Shown piece after piece: positions 1 to 8,263 of a stretch of DNA of 24,000 nucleotides; position 1 is the first letter of the stretch; every line of letters starts with the position of its first letter. A program made the translations under genes and the position numbers. Below the pieces are notes generated by a model, which saw nothing but the letters and a program-made list of their open reading frames with translations, had not been told where the DNA came from and did no database searches. Source of the DNA: an uncultured Chitinophagaceae bacterium (lineage in GTDB: Bacteria > Bacteroidota > Bacteroidia > Chitinophagales > Chitinophagaceae); assembly GCA_963706825.1 (NCBI GenBank), contig CAVPNT010000003.1, forward strand, positions 1,147,725 through 1,171,724, given 5' to 3'.

Positions 1-578
1 TCGATACTGCACCATTAATGACAGGAGATATTATCGCTTTGGATAACGATAGGTTTGGCATTATCATAACTCCCGAGTGTGATATTCGGCAAGTAATTAA
101 TCATCCGGAAACGGACTTATTTGAACTACTTTGTTTTTCAAAAGGAGATTTCAAAAAATCTGATTTTAATCTTCAAGCAACAATTAAGGCGATGCCTATA
201 ATTACAAAAGCTGAAGAGCAACAAAATATTTCGTTTACTTCGGCTCAACAAAAAGAGCTAAGTAAGTTATTGAATTCACAAATTAAAGAAGCGGAAAAGC
301 AACTTCAAATAAAAGCTTTTACTCAAACAAATCCAAGATATCATATTCTTCCGTGCTTTGAATTTGAGCAGGACAATCTGAGTGGTATTATTAGGATTGA
401 CTTCAGAAGTAGCTTAAAAATGTTTTTTGGTAAGGATATTACGATTGAAAAAAGAATAGGCAAGGTTAATAGTCCATATATTCAAGAGCTTCGTCAACGA
501 TATTTTTCTTATAAAGGAAGAGTTGGAGTTCCAGGACATTCTAGAAAGTTGCGTGAGTGGATTCTGGATAATAATTGA
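1..578 (+). CDS. hypothetical protein, 5'-truncated by the window edge
   Basis: The frame is open from nt 3, with no stop before the first ATG at 18, so the gene very likely starts upstream of the window. 186 aa are visible and look protein-like (..IIITPECDI.., ..NSPYIQELRQRYFSYKGRVGVPG..). I cannot name a catalytic motif. Confidence 0.55.
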   Translation, partial: DTAPLMTGDIIALDNDRFGIIITPECDIRQVINHPETDLFELLCFSKGDFKKSDFNLQATIKAMPIITKAEEQQNISFTSAQQKELSKLLNSQIKEAEKQLQIKAFTQTNPRYHILPCFEFEQDNLSGIIRIDFRSSLKMFFGKDITIEKRIGKVNSPYIQELRQRYFSYKGRVGVPGHSRKLREWILDNN

Positions 579-600
579 TTTCATAGTTCCTTTTACCAAA

Positions 601-975
601 CTGGCGCCGGTCTCCAGACCTGTGACTGTTCGTTACTAATCCAGGTTGAAAGAATTGGCAATCTAAAGAAAAGATAATCGCCTTAGTTCATTATTTAGTT
701 TTTGTATATTTACTTAATGAGCAGCAAGTACAAATTTGATGACAGATCACCAGTTGTTTGTTTATCTGCATGAAAATCCGGAAAGAACCGGATTTGTAAA
801 GCATCCGATAGATTGGGAGAATAGTAGCGCCATTGATTATTATACTGAAGAAGCAAAAGGCTTATTGGAATTAGTAAGATTAGATTGAGAATTGTCGTAT
901 GTTACTATTCGAATGACGTTTTTATTAAATGAAGGCTAAGTAACCCTCTTACACAGGTCAGAAGACCTGCGCCAG
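601..975. mobile_element. decayed RAYT (REP-associated tyrosine transposase) locus bracketed by inverted REP-like hairpins
   Basis: Imperfect 24-nt inverted repeat: 601-624 (ctggcgccggtctccagacctgtg) matches the reverse complement of 952-975 at 21/24 positions. The right arm is itself a GC-rich hairpin (caggtc-agaa-gacctg, 954-969). The arms flank the transposase stub at 739-888. RAYT genes flanked by inverted REPs is an established arrangement. Confidence 0.5.
739..888 (+). pseudogene. C-terminal fragment of an IS200/Y1-type (RAYT, COG1943-like) transposase
   Basis: The 49-codon ORF MTDHQLFVYLHENPERTGFVKHPIDWENSSAIDYYTEEAKGLLELVRLD* matches the conserved tail of this family (YIHxNPVxAGxVxxPxDWxYSSAxDY...GLxEL). 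The N-terminal catalytic HUH and Tyr parts are absent. A second copy of the extreme tail (KGFVPLVRLEE, sharing ttagtaagattaga) lies at about 1027-1059. Confidence 0.55.
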
Positions 976-1367
976 AGCGATTTTATGGAAACTACGGGAC
1001 TAGGCAATGTAGAAATAAAAAAATCAAAGGCTTCGTACCGTTAGTAAGATTAGAAGAACAAGCAGATAACATTCACAATAGCAGGCCAGACGCAAATATT
1101 ATCAGCTTTTTGTTCGCGATTGAACTGTAGTTCTATCTGACGATTTTTAGCACTTTCATACTGAAGAACTTATAAAGACGACGTAAAACCATTAGCTATT
1201 GATTTTATGAACAATTTATAGCGTGGCCGGAGCGGGAAAATCTTTTATGAGCTTTAATACTTTTCTGTACTTTTATTTCTTTAATTGGCTGACGGCACGG
1301 GCTAAAAGTTCATTAATTCCCTGCCAATGCGTTTGCGGTCATGCTATTAGACACACTCTAATAAATT

Positions 1368-1805
1368 ATGAATACAGACATAACCATTACTGCGGCTGCG
1401 ATTGCAACTCTAATTTCTGCACTAACATCTGCTTGCATGACATTATGGATAACAGGCACCAATAAAAAAAAGAGCTTAGATGATCAATTGGATTCAATTA
1501 TTAAAATTGCTATACAATATCCTTACTTAGAAAGCGAAGCATTTTCATTAGGATGGAAACCGGACTTTGACAAAGACGATGAAAAGTATTTGCGATATGA
1601 TGCATATTGCAATTTGCTATTTAATTTTCTATCCCGTGTTGCTGAACACTTCAAATACAACAAAGAAAAGATTGAAAAATATATTGCCGTAAAAGATTGG
1701 GTTAGGCTACATGGGAATTTCTGGAAAAACCCGACTTCTGCATACGAAAATGTTGACAGTTACGACAAGCAATTCGTTGAATTAATTAATAGTTATCTAA
1801 AATAA
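1368..1805 (+). CDS. small membrane-anchored protein of unknown function (single N-terminal TM helix)
   Basis: ATG start, 145 aa. Residues ~5-29 (ITITAAAIATLISALTSACMTLWITG) form a hydrophobic helix followed by a KKK stop-transfer. The rest is a soluble, helix-rich domain. The stop lies 5 nt before the next gene, which suggests an operon. Confidence 0.6.
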   Translation: MNTDITITAAAIATLISALTSACMTLWITGTNKKKSLDDQLDSIIKIAIQYPYLESEAFSLGWKPDFDKDDEKYLRYDAYCNLLFNFLSRVAEHFKYNKEKIEKYIAVKDWVRLHGNFWKNPTSAYENVDSYDKQFVELINSYLK

Positions 1806-1810
1806 AATAA

Positions 1811-2500
1811 ATGGAAAAAAGAATATTGATTATTGGCAATACTGACGGTTTGCCAGGTGTAAAAGTTGATGTTGAAAGCTATAAGACTTTTTTTAAAAGT
1901 TCTTATGGTGGCGACTGGTATGATAGCGAAATAATCGAAAAGGTTAACTCTTCAAAATCGGAGATAAAAACAACTCTTGAGAACCTAAAGTCTAAATCTT
2001 TGAGTTATTTAATTGTAATATTTAGCGGTCATGGTGGACAGGAAAGGGAAACCGTATTAGAACTGAATTCAATTGGCGAATTAATTAATGAAAGTGAGTT
2101 GAAAAATATTGCTTACCGACAATTAAATATTTTTGACTGTTGTAGAGCTTACCCTGAGACGTTAACCAAGAGCATTATAAATGAAATGCAAACAAGAACT
2201 TTTTCAACTACAAATACAAGAGCGAGATTTGAGAAAAGAATTATGGACGCTAATCACCAACAAGTAAGTTTATATGCTTGTGCGATTGGCGAGTGTGCTC
2301 ATGACACTTCGAAAGGTGGAGCATATTCAAAGAATTTACTTAGTTGTTCATCAACTATTGCAGGAGATTTTAAATTAGTTGGTACTGCCCATGAGGAAGC
2401 AAGTGTACTCACAACAAGAGAATTTTCAGACCAACATCCTGATGCCGACTTGTTAAGGTTGCTTTCTTCACAACAGTTAATAATTGGAATTAAGCCATAG
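1811..2500 (+). CDS. stand-alone caspase-fold protease (peptidase C14 / caspase-HetF-like), 229 aa
   Basis: Caspase signature in canonical order. Beta-1 is ILIIGN. The catalytic His is in YLIVIFSGHGG (His74, nt 2030-2032). The catalytic Cys is in LNIFDCCRA (Cys110/111, nt 2138-2143). Next come SLYACAIGECAHD and GGAYSKNLL, which correspond to the conserved 'A..GQ.A.E' and 'G.FT..L' blocks. Confidence 0.8.
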   Translation: MEKRILIIGNTDGLPGVKVDVESYKTFFKSSYGGDWYDSEIIEKVNSSKSEIKTTLENLKSKSLSYLIVIFSGHGGQERETVLELNSIGELINESELKNIAYRQLNIFDCCRAYPETLTKSIINEMQTRTFSTTNTRARFEKRIMDANHQQVSLYACAIGECAHDTSKGGAYSKNLLSCSSTIAGDFKLVGTAHEEASVLTTREFSDQHPDADLLRLLSSQQLIIGIKP

Positions 2501-2790
2501 TGGAAAGCACGACCCATTTTTAGCGCAACGGTCTCCATTCTGAATTATTTTGTAAGGTTCCAGAAGGCTGTCTTTTTGGAATTGGCAGTTAAGGTAATTG
2601 AAAATAATGTGGAGTCTATGTAAGGTCGAGAAGAAAGTTCATGTTTATCAGTTGTTTCTAAAAGTTCCCCCAATTTGTCCCAAGATTGTGGCTTTTAATT
2701 AGAGCAAGCGTCCCGCTTGTGCTGGAATGAAAAAGGTTTGTTTTTTATAAACAATAAAAGAAAATTGCCTGAATAAACACAAGCGGACGC

Positions 2791-2973
2791 TTGCGCCACC
2801 AAGGGGTGTTGTTATGCAAAACTAAAAACGAGGAAGTAGTAGAGTATGCAATGAGCCGGAATATGTCGCCAACATTGATAAGCCGATATACTATTGCATT
2901 GCCCGATAAAAAATTGCTACAGGCAAAATTGCATGAGCTCTTTGAATTATACTCTATCGAAACAAAAGAATGA
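2791..2973 (+). pseudogene. C-terminal stub of a YhcG/DUF1016-type PD-(D/E)xK nuclease
   Basis: GVLLCKTKNEEVVEYAMSRNMSPTLISRYTIALPDKKLLQAKLHE matches the typical tail of this family (GIILCxxKNxxVVEYAL....I.vSxY...LPxKExLxxxL). About 60 codons are open, preceded by a stop. There is no ATG and no upstream nuclease core. Confidence 0.6.
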
Positions 2974-3047
2974 AATTCAAAAAACATACTGAAAATAAAG
3001 AAGACGTAGCAACAGAATTTCAAGTGCAAGGTTTAGAATTAGACTGA

Positions 3048-3314
3048 GCTTGCGTTACATGGGATGGAGACTTTAGATATTCTCCTGATGAATGGAAATG
3101 TTTTTCTTTTGTAGGCAGCAGATGGAATAATATTAATAAAGCCGAAAGGAAATTATATTTAAAGAATGCGTATCGGGTTTTATTAACGAGAGCACGGCAA
3201 GGAATGGTGATTGTAGTGCCAGAAGGAGATACCGAAGATGCGACGAGGAAAGCGGAATATTATGATGAGACGTTTGAGTATTTAAAGAATTTAGGGATGA
3301 AAATTGTTGAATAA
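3048..3314 (+). pseudogene. C-terminal stub of a DUF2075 (Schlafen-like ATPase/helicase) protein
   Basis: Frame open 3048-3311, stop 3312-3314: ..RWNNINKAERKLYLKNAYRVLLTRARQGMVIVVPEGDTEDATRKAEYYDETFEYLKNLGMKIVE*. 'NAYRVLLTRARQGMVI.VPEGD' is the hallmark C-terminal block of DUF2075 proteins. A TGA at 3045-3047 lies immediately upstream and there is no N-terminal ATPase part. Confidence 0.6.
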
Positions 3315-3333
3315 GTCAACGAAAATAATTCTC

Positions 3334-3915
3334 ATGAATATTTTAGATAGAGACCGGAAAATATTATGGGCAAAATCAGGAAATAGATGTGCAATATGCC
3401 GTCGTGCTTTGATTGCAAATTCAAATGAAATTGACAAGGAGTCTGTGGTTGGTGATGAATGTCATATAAATGGTCAAAAAAAAGGTGCAGCAAGATTCTT
3501 TGAAAACGAAAATATTCTTATGAGTAATTCTTATGAGAATTTAATCCTCTTATGCAAAATACATCATAAAATTATAGATGACCAAGAACAAACATTCACT
3601 GCAGACTATTTACATGAAATAAAAAGTGCGCATGAAAAATGGGTGAATGACACTTTAAATTTTAGTAAGGATAATAATTTTACTGTTCCCCTAAAAAAAT
3701 CGTTTATTAATGGAGGTTTAAAAAATTTAACTCGTATAGACATATCAATTAACTTTTCAACCAAAAAAATTCATGGCAGTTTTAATATTGTTCATAATTA
3801 TTCTGATGACGAAAAAGATCGTTTAACCTTTTTATTTTCCGGTAATTTAATTGAAAATCATCTTTTACTCGGAGATTTTTATGATCAAATATTACCCTAT
3901 GAGGTTAATCCTTGA
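3334..3915 (+). CDS. HNH endonuclease with an uncharacterised C-terminal half
   Basis: HNH/zinc-finger core: SGNRCAICRR...VGDECHI...YENLILLCKIHHKIID. ATG at 3334; the ORF track alternatively starts at TTG 3304, which overlaps the DUF2075 stub. The frame stays open for 43 more codons after the TGA at 3913-3915 (see findings). Confidence 0.8.
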   Translation: MNILDRDRKILWAKSGNRCAICRRALIANSNEIDKESVVGDECHINGQKKGAARFFENENILMSNSYENLILLCKIHHKIIDDQEQTFTADYLHEIKSAHEKWVNDTLNFSKDNNFTVPLKKSFINGGLKNLTRIDISINFSTKKIHGSFNIVHNYSDDEKDRLTFLFSGNLIENHLLLGDFYDQILPYEVNP

Positions 3916-4183
3916 TTAAAATCATTTGGTTCAAAAATAGATATCTGGAGATTGAATGAATTTTCTGATGGCATTTTCAATATTTCTATAAATACACACG
4001 GAAAGAACTACGAAACTCTATATTGGGAAGCCGACAATGACATTTGACGAGCAAACAAGTTGATATCTAATAGCACAATCCTGTTAGCAAAAAATATTTA
4101 CATGAATTGTGTTCTATTTATAAAGTCACCAGCGAGACGCTGACGACAACAGGAGGCAATGAATCCAAAAGTCCTTTAGTGGA

Positions 4184-7100
4184 TTAAAATATGAATTGAT
4201 TTGTTTTCAATTCGTAAAATGAAATAATTGGAATATCAACTATCTTTAGGTGTTTAAGAGGTAAAATGTTTTTTGATATTACCAGCGACTTAATTTTTGG
4301 CTTTCCCAGTAAAGTTAATTTAGCCTGAACTTGTTCAATATTTTCTTCCAGCCATTTGTGGCGCTTAACATGTTTTTCTATTAATCCTTCTTTTCCATCT
4401 AGACCCAAATAATTATCAAATTCCATCTTGTAATCATAAATAAGTTTTGACTGCACCGTATTTTTGCATTCAACGGAATATACAATGTTATTTATTCTGT
4501 CTATTACCAGAATATCAATGTCTCCCTTGTCAGAGTCACTGATAAAAAAGCCTTTTGGTTTAATTTTTATCTCATAATCGTAAATATCCAGAAAAGTATT
4601 TTCTTTTAACCATTTTACCACTTCATCACGATATTCTTTCCCCTTGATTTTGTTTCTTTCAGCTAATAACTGTCTAATTTTCTTATTCCCCTTATCTGCT
4701 TTTAGAGTACCATTAAAAAACAACGACATTAAGTTTTCCGAGGCCGCAAGCAAATGTCTTGCACTCAACAGAAAATATTCTTTGCCATCCTTTTTTAGGA
4801 ATATAATAGGGCGAAGTAGATAAGATAAGCGCCTGTTAAATCTCCAAGGATATGCTTCCCAATTATCATATCCTTCAGGTGGGGTTAAAGGATTTGGTCT
4901 CCTTAAAAATTTCATTCTGTTTAAAAAATAAAATATTTTTTCTTTGTTTAAATCTGTAATTTTTACTACCCATTCAATAAAATCATTTTCCTCTATAATT
5001 CTTACAGATGTATTTTCGGACAAAAGAACAGAGCAAATTGTATGACAGATCATATCAATTTCGCCCAAGGTGATTCCCCATTCTTCCAAAAAAGCATCAA
5101 TCAATTTTTCTGCATAACGTTTTTGCCCGGCACTTGGTAATCTTTCTCGTTTTCTTCTTTTGAAGTATTGGTGAAAATCTTGCGTGTAAGAATGAACCTC
5201 CTCTGCGTATACTTGATCCCTAAATTGCCCCATCCCTTTTCTTTCCATTTCATTACTGATACCGATCCTACCAGAGGGCAATTCAGTAATTTCAGGATCT
5301 TCTATCTCATAATTGATTGAATCAGAAAGGCTGGCATAATTGACAATTTGCATGACGTGTGCGAGTAAAATGTCTATTTCGTCTTCAGAGGCAATTTTTT
5401 GTCCTGCTTCAGCCTGTAGCGTAGCAAATTCGATAAGTATCCTCACTGAAAGACTTGTTTCTACAAGGTCAGCTTCAGAATCTGAAAATTCTTTATGCAC
5501 GTCATAATATTTAGAATAACAAAGAAATTTGGCGGGATAACTAATATGTCTGAATGCTCTTGCCTGAAGCAGAGATTCATGCTTCCGCATGAGAGCAAAT
5601 AGAAAACGCTCCCTATCAAATTCTTTAATTTTTTTTATTACTATTTCATAATGCAACGCTACCAATTTATTAAGGAAATCAGTTTTCTCTTTATTGGTGA
5701 TAGGAGGTATGGAAATTTTACAATTTGACTTTAGCCATGCAAGTTGATTTTCCAGGATGTAAGAAATATCTGCGTCCGGAATGTATCTTTTAGATGGAAT
5801 ATTTGTTTCTGAAATTTTCAAATCCTTATCCCCAGTAAATAACAGTAGCATTTTTCTCTGGGATACCGGAATATGTTTGTCCAATAAAAGTTGCTTGTCT
5901 CCCTCGGTTAGAAGATTACCACCCCGGGCAACTATTATCTTCCCAAAAGCATCCAATAGAAAATCAATCAGAATCCTTTCGCCTCTATTTTCGGGTCCAG
6001 AAAAGAATTGAATCATTTCAATCGGAATGGTGAAAAGGATTTGCCGTTTTATAGGATCTACTTTGAAAGGGATTGAATGATCAACCTCATCATAAATTTC
6101 GAGGCTTTCCAACTGCTCAAGTGCGTAAAACTGCTCGTGAAGTTTTAATTCAATGCGAACTGGAGGCTCGCCTAATTGATTCATATAATCCTTTGCATCC
6201 CCAAATAACTCATTCAACCAATATAGAATAGCAGTTATATACAAATCTCCTTTCCGGTCATTATCCGCAGCTTCGAACCAAATGGGACAGGAATATTTTA
6301 ATAAGCATGAACGCACAATCCCAAAATATACCTCTTGGGATACATATACTGGATAATAGTCTTCTTTCTTAACACATTGCATAAAGCCAAAAACCCCAGG
6401 AGTCCCGTAACCAATTCCAATTTTATCAAGCTTAGACAATCCCCTTCTTCGCACATCTCCAGCTATGTCAAACTCCAGTAAAATGTAATTATATCTCTCC
6501 TCGTCACTATGAAAAAAAGATTCTGAATTGTTTTTATAAAAGTCGAATAATGCCAAGTGAGATGTGAAGGGTGCAAATTGAATAGTTTGTTCAGCGAGTT
6601 TTAAATATTTTACATATTTCCAAAGAGTTAGATTATCAAATTTCCACTCCCTTGTAAGCACTAATAGTTCAACAGGTGTAAGACCAATGAAATAAGTTAT
6701 GTTCTTGAACTGCTTTAGACCAAGAATAGTATTGCTAATTAGCCCAATTTTGGATGTGATAATAATTAACAAGATTTCTTCTACTTCGATTATCCTTTTT
6801 AACTTCTCTATTACACTATAAAATCTTTTTCCTATGTATTCCGAAAAACTTTTTTGTACCTTATATTTTTGTTCTCGGTTTAGAATGTTTTCTGTGAATA
6901 CAACAGCATAAGCGAACTTTCTTTCATCAACTTGCCATATACTTTCATCAAAGAGCATATAATCAGGAGCATTTACAGGCTCCGAAAATTCAAAGCGAAT
7001 TCGTTTCCATCTCATTCTACCAAAGGTTGATAGGATTTCCGGCTGCACAGCTTTTACAAATTCTTTAGCCAATAGAAAGTTTATATTGTATGTCGTTGCC

Positions 7101-7969
7101 TTTCCCAATATAAATTCAATTAAACATTGAACTATTGCAGTAGGCATTACAAGTAAAAATGAGTCATCTATAAATACAAAAGGTTGTCGGAATAAGGGGT
7201 TTTCATTTTCGTTTTCAAATTCAATAGGATGAGTTTGCCACTTCCAAACAAATGCATCAATTGTATTGTATGGTATTTGGTATTTATCACAAATCTCTTT
7301 GATATCAGTAAAGCTGAATTCAAATATATCTTTATATTGAAGAAGGTATTCATCATTCGGGATATATAGTGCATTGCTTAGTGGCAACTCAAATAAACGA
7401 TGCGAGTGATTTAGCGTTTTTGCTATTTCATTCTGTATTGTGAGAAGTAATGTAATAGCGTTTTTGCAATCCTTTAAAAAAGCAACAGGAAACGTTGACG
7501 AGATCAAACTATTGATGTGATATTGCAATATTTCAACCACATCGATAAAAATTCCAGGATAAACGACGTTATTTCCATTTGAATAAACAATGTTTTCGGT
7601 GAAATAGTTGTCTGGTGGATCTTCCCTATAATCCTTTGGAAATTCTTTCAACAAGTCTTTGCCAAGCTGGGCGGTATTTAAAGTGTTCCTTGTTTCACTT
7701 ATAGAATTAACTACTGCTGTAACCGCTACTTCAAGTCTAATATTCTTACCATGATTTTGTGGCTGTAATTGCAATAAAGAAAGAACTTTCAGAACTTCAA
7801 TGGATGGATAATTGTTGCAAATTGAAAGTTTTGATTCCCCTTCCCGCTTTTTTTTTGAAGTAGGATTATTTAAGACTTTGGATCGCCACTCTGCCTTTGG
7901 TTTATGGATACAGCATCTCTTATATTGTTTTCCACTTCCACAAGGACATTTTGCATTTCGGGCAATCAT
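4184..7969 (-). CDS. 1,261-aa protein: N-terminal SEC-C zinc-binding motif, long uncharacterised middle, C-terminal PD-(D/E)xK nuclease core
   Basis: Uninterrupted 3.8-kb ORF in AT-rich DNA. Residues 8-20 are CPCGSGKQYKRCC (nt 7910-7948), the SecA C-terminal type motif. The C-terminus has KGDIDILVIDRINNIVYSVECK (nt ~4463-4535), i.e. D...ExK of the restriction-endonuclease fold. I found no Walker A or helicase motifs in between. Confidence 0.85.
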   Translation of the reverse strand: MIARNAKCPCGSGKQYKRCCIHKPKAEWRSKVLNNPTSKKKREGESKLSICNNYPSIEVLKVLSLLQLQPQNHGKNIRLEVAVTAVVNSISETRNTLNTAQLGKDLLKEFPKDYREDPPDNYFTENIVYSNGNNVVYPGIFIDVVEILQYHINSLISSTFPVAFLKDCKNAITLLLTIQNEIAKTLNHSHRLFELPLSNALYIPNDEYLLQYKDIFEFSFTDIKEICDKYQIPYNTIDAFVWKWQTHPIEFENENENPLFRQPFVFIDDSFLLVMPTAIVQCLIEFILGKATTYNINFLLAKEFVKAVQPEILSTFGRMRWKRIRFEFSEPVNAPDYMLFDESIWQVDERKFAYAVVFTENILNREQKYKVQKSFSEYIGKRFYSVIEKLKRIIEVEEILLIIITSKIGLISNTILGLKQFKNITYFIGLTPVELLVLTREWKFDNLTLWKYVKYLKLAEQTIQFAPFTSHLALFDFYKNNSESFFHSDEERYNYILLEFDIAGDVRRRGLSKLDKIGIGYGTPGVFGFMQCVKKEDYYPVYVSQEVYFGIVRSCLLKYSCPIWFEAADNDRKGDLYITAILYWLNELFGDAKDYMNQLGEPPVRIELKLHEQFYALEQLESLEIYDEVDHSIPFKVDPIKRQILFTIPIEMIQFFSGPENRGERILIDFLLDAFGKIIVARGGNLLTEGDKQLLLDKHIPVSQRKMLLLFTGDKDLKISETNIPSKRYIPDADISYILENQLAWLKSNCKISIPPITNKEKTDFLNKLVALHYEIVIKKIKEFDRERFLFALMRKHESLLQARAFRHISYPAKFLCYSKYYDVHKEFSDSEADLVETSLSVRILIEFATLQAEAGQKIASEDEIDILLAHVMQIVNYASLSDSINYEIEDPEITELPSGRIGISNEMERKGMGQFRDQVYAEEVHSYTQDFHQYFKRRKRERLPSAGQKRYAEKLIDAFLEEWGITLGEIDMICHTICSVLLSENTSVRIIEENDFIEWVVKITDLNKEKIFYFLNRMKFLRRPNPLTPPEGYDNWEAYPWRFNRRLSYLLRPIIFLKKDGKEYFLLSARHLLAASENLMSLFFNGTLKADKGNKKIRQLLAERNKIKGKEYRDEVVKWLKENTFLDIYDYEIKIKPKGFFISDSDKGDIDILVIDRINNIVYSVECKNTVQSKLIYDYKMEFDNYLGLDGKEGLIEKHVKRHKWLEENIEQVQAKLTLLGKPKIKSLVISKNILPLKHLKIVDIPIISFYELKTNQFIF

Positions 7970-8263
7970 AATAAACCTCTGTTTTATACTCTGTGTAAAA
8001 ATATTAACTCAGTTCCACTTAATTGTTTATTTTTTATGTGCGACAGCCGATATTCCTTTTAGTAATCTTAAAATCTCAATTATTTAATTTTTTTTCAAAG
8101 AACATTAATTCATAAATTCTAAAATAAAATCGTGTTGTTTCCATATTATTATTATAACCATATTATGTAATCGGTAAATAGCAATGTACAATTTCGGTAA
8201 ATAAGGAATGATACTCCCAGATGAGTGAAGCGGACTATGCTTCTTTTTTTGTAGAGCACCTTA

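Noticed and set aside
1223-1465. 80-aa ORF (Cys/His-rich) upstream of and overlapping the TM-protein gene
   Set aside because: It has a non-ATG start and a low-complexity, non-protein-like sequence. It overlaps the better-supported 1368-1805 gene in another frame.
5781-6011. Short antisense or alternative-frame ORFs nested in long genes, represented here by 5781-6011. The others are 414-599, 2299-2538, 2745-3029, 7168-7374, 7812-8087, 8983-9171 and 9457-9672. In the SusC/SusD region they are 13518-13778, 14234-14470, 15273-15497, 15473-15709, 16186-16371, 16513-16704, 16812-17048, 17317-17505, 18828-19148 and 18863-19138
   Set aside because: All lie inside longer, motif-supported genes or their stubs. 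They have odd composition and no recognisable motifs, which is typical of shadow ORFs.
7910-7948. GSGK in the giant protein as a Walker A / P-loop
   Set aside because: It lies inside the CPCGSGKQYKRCC SEC-C zinc motif. It does not fit GxxxxGK[ST] and no Walker B follows.
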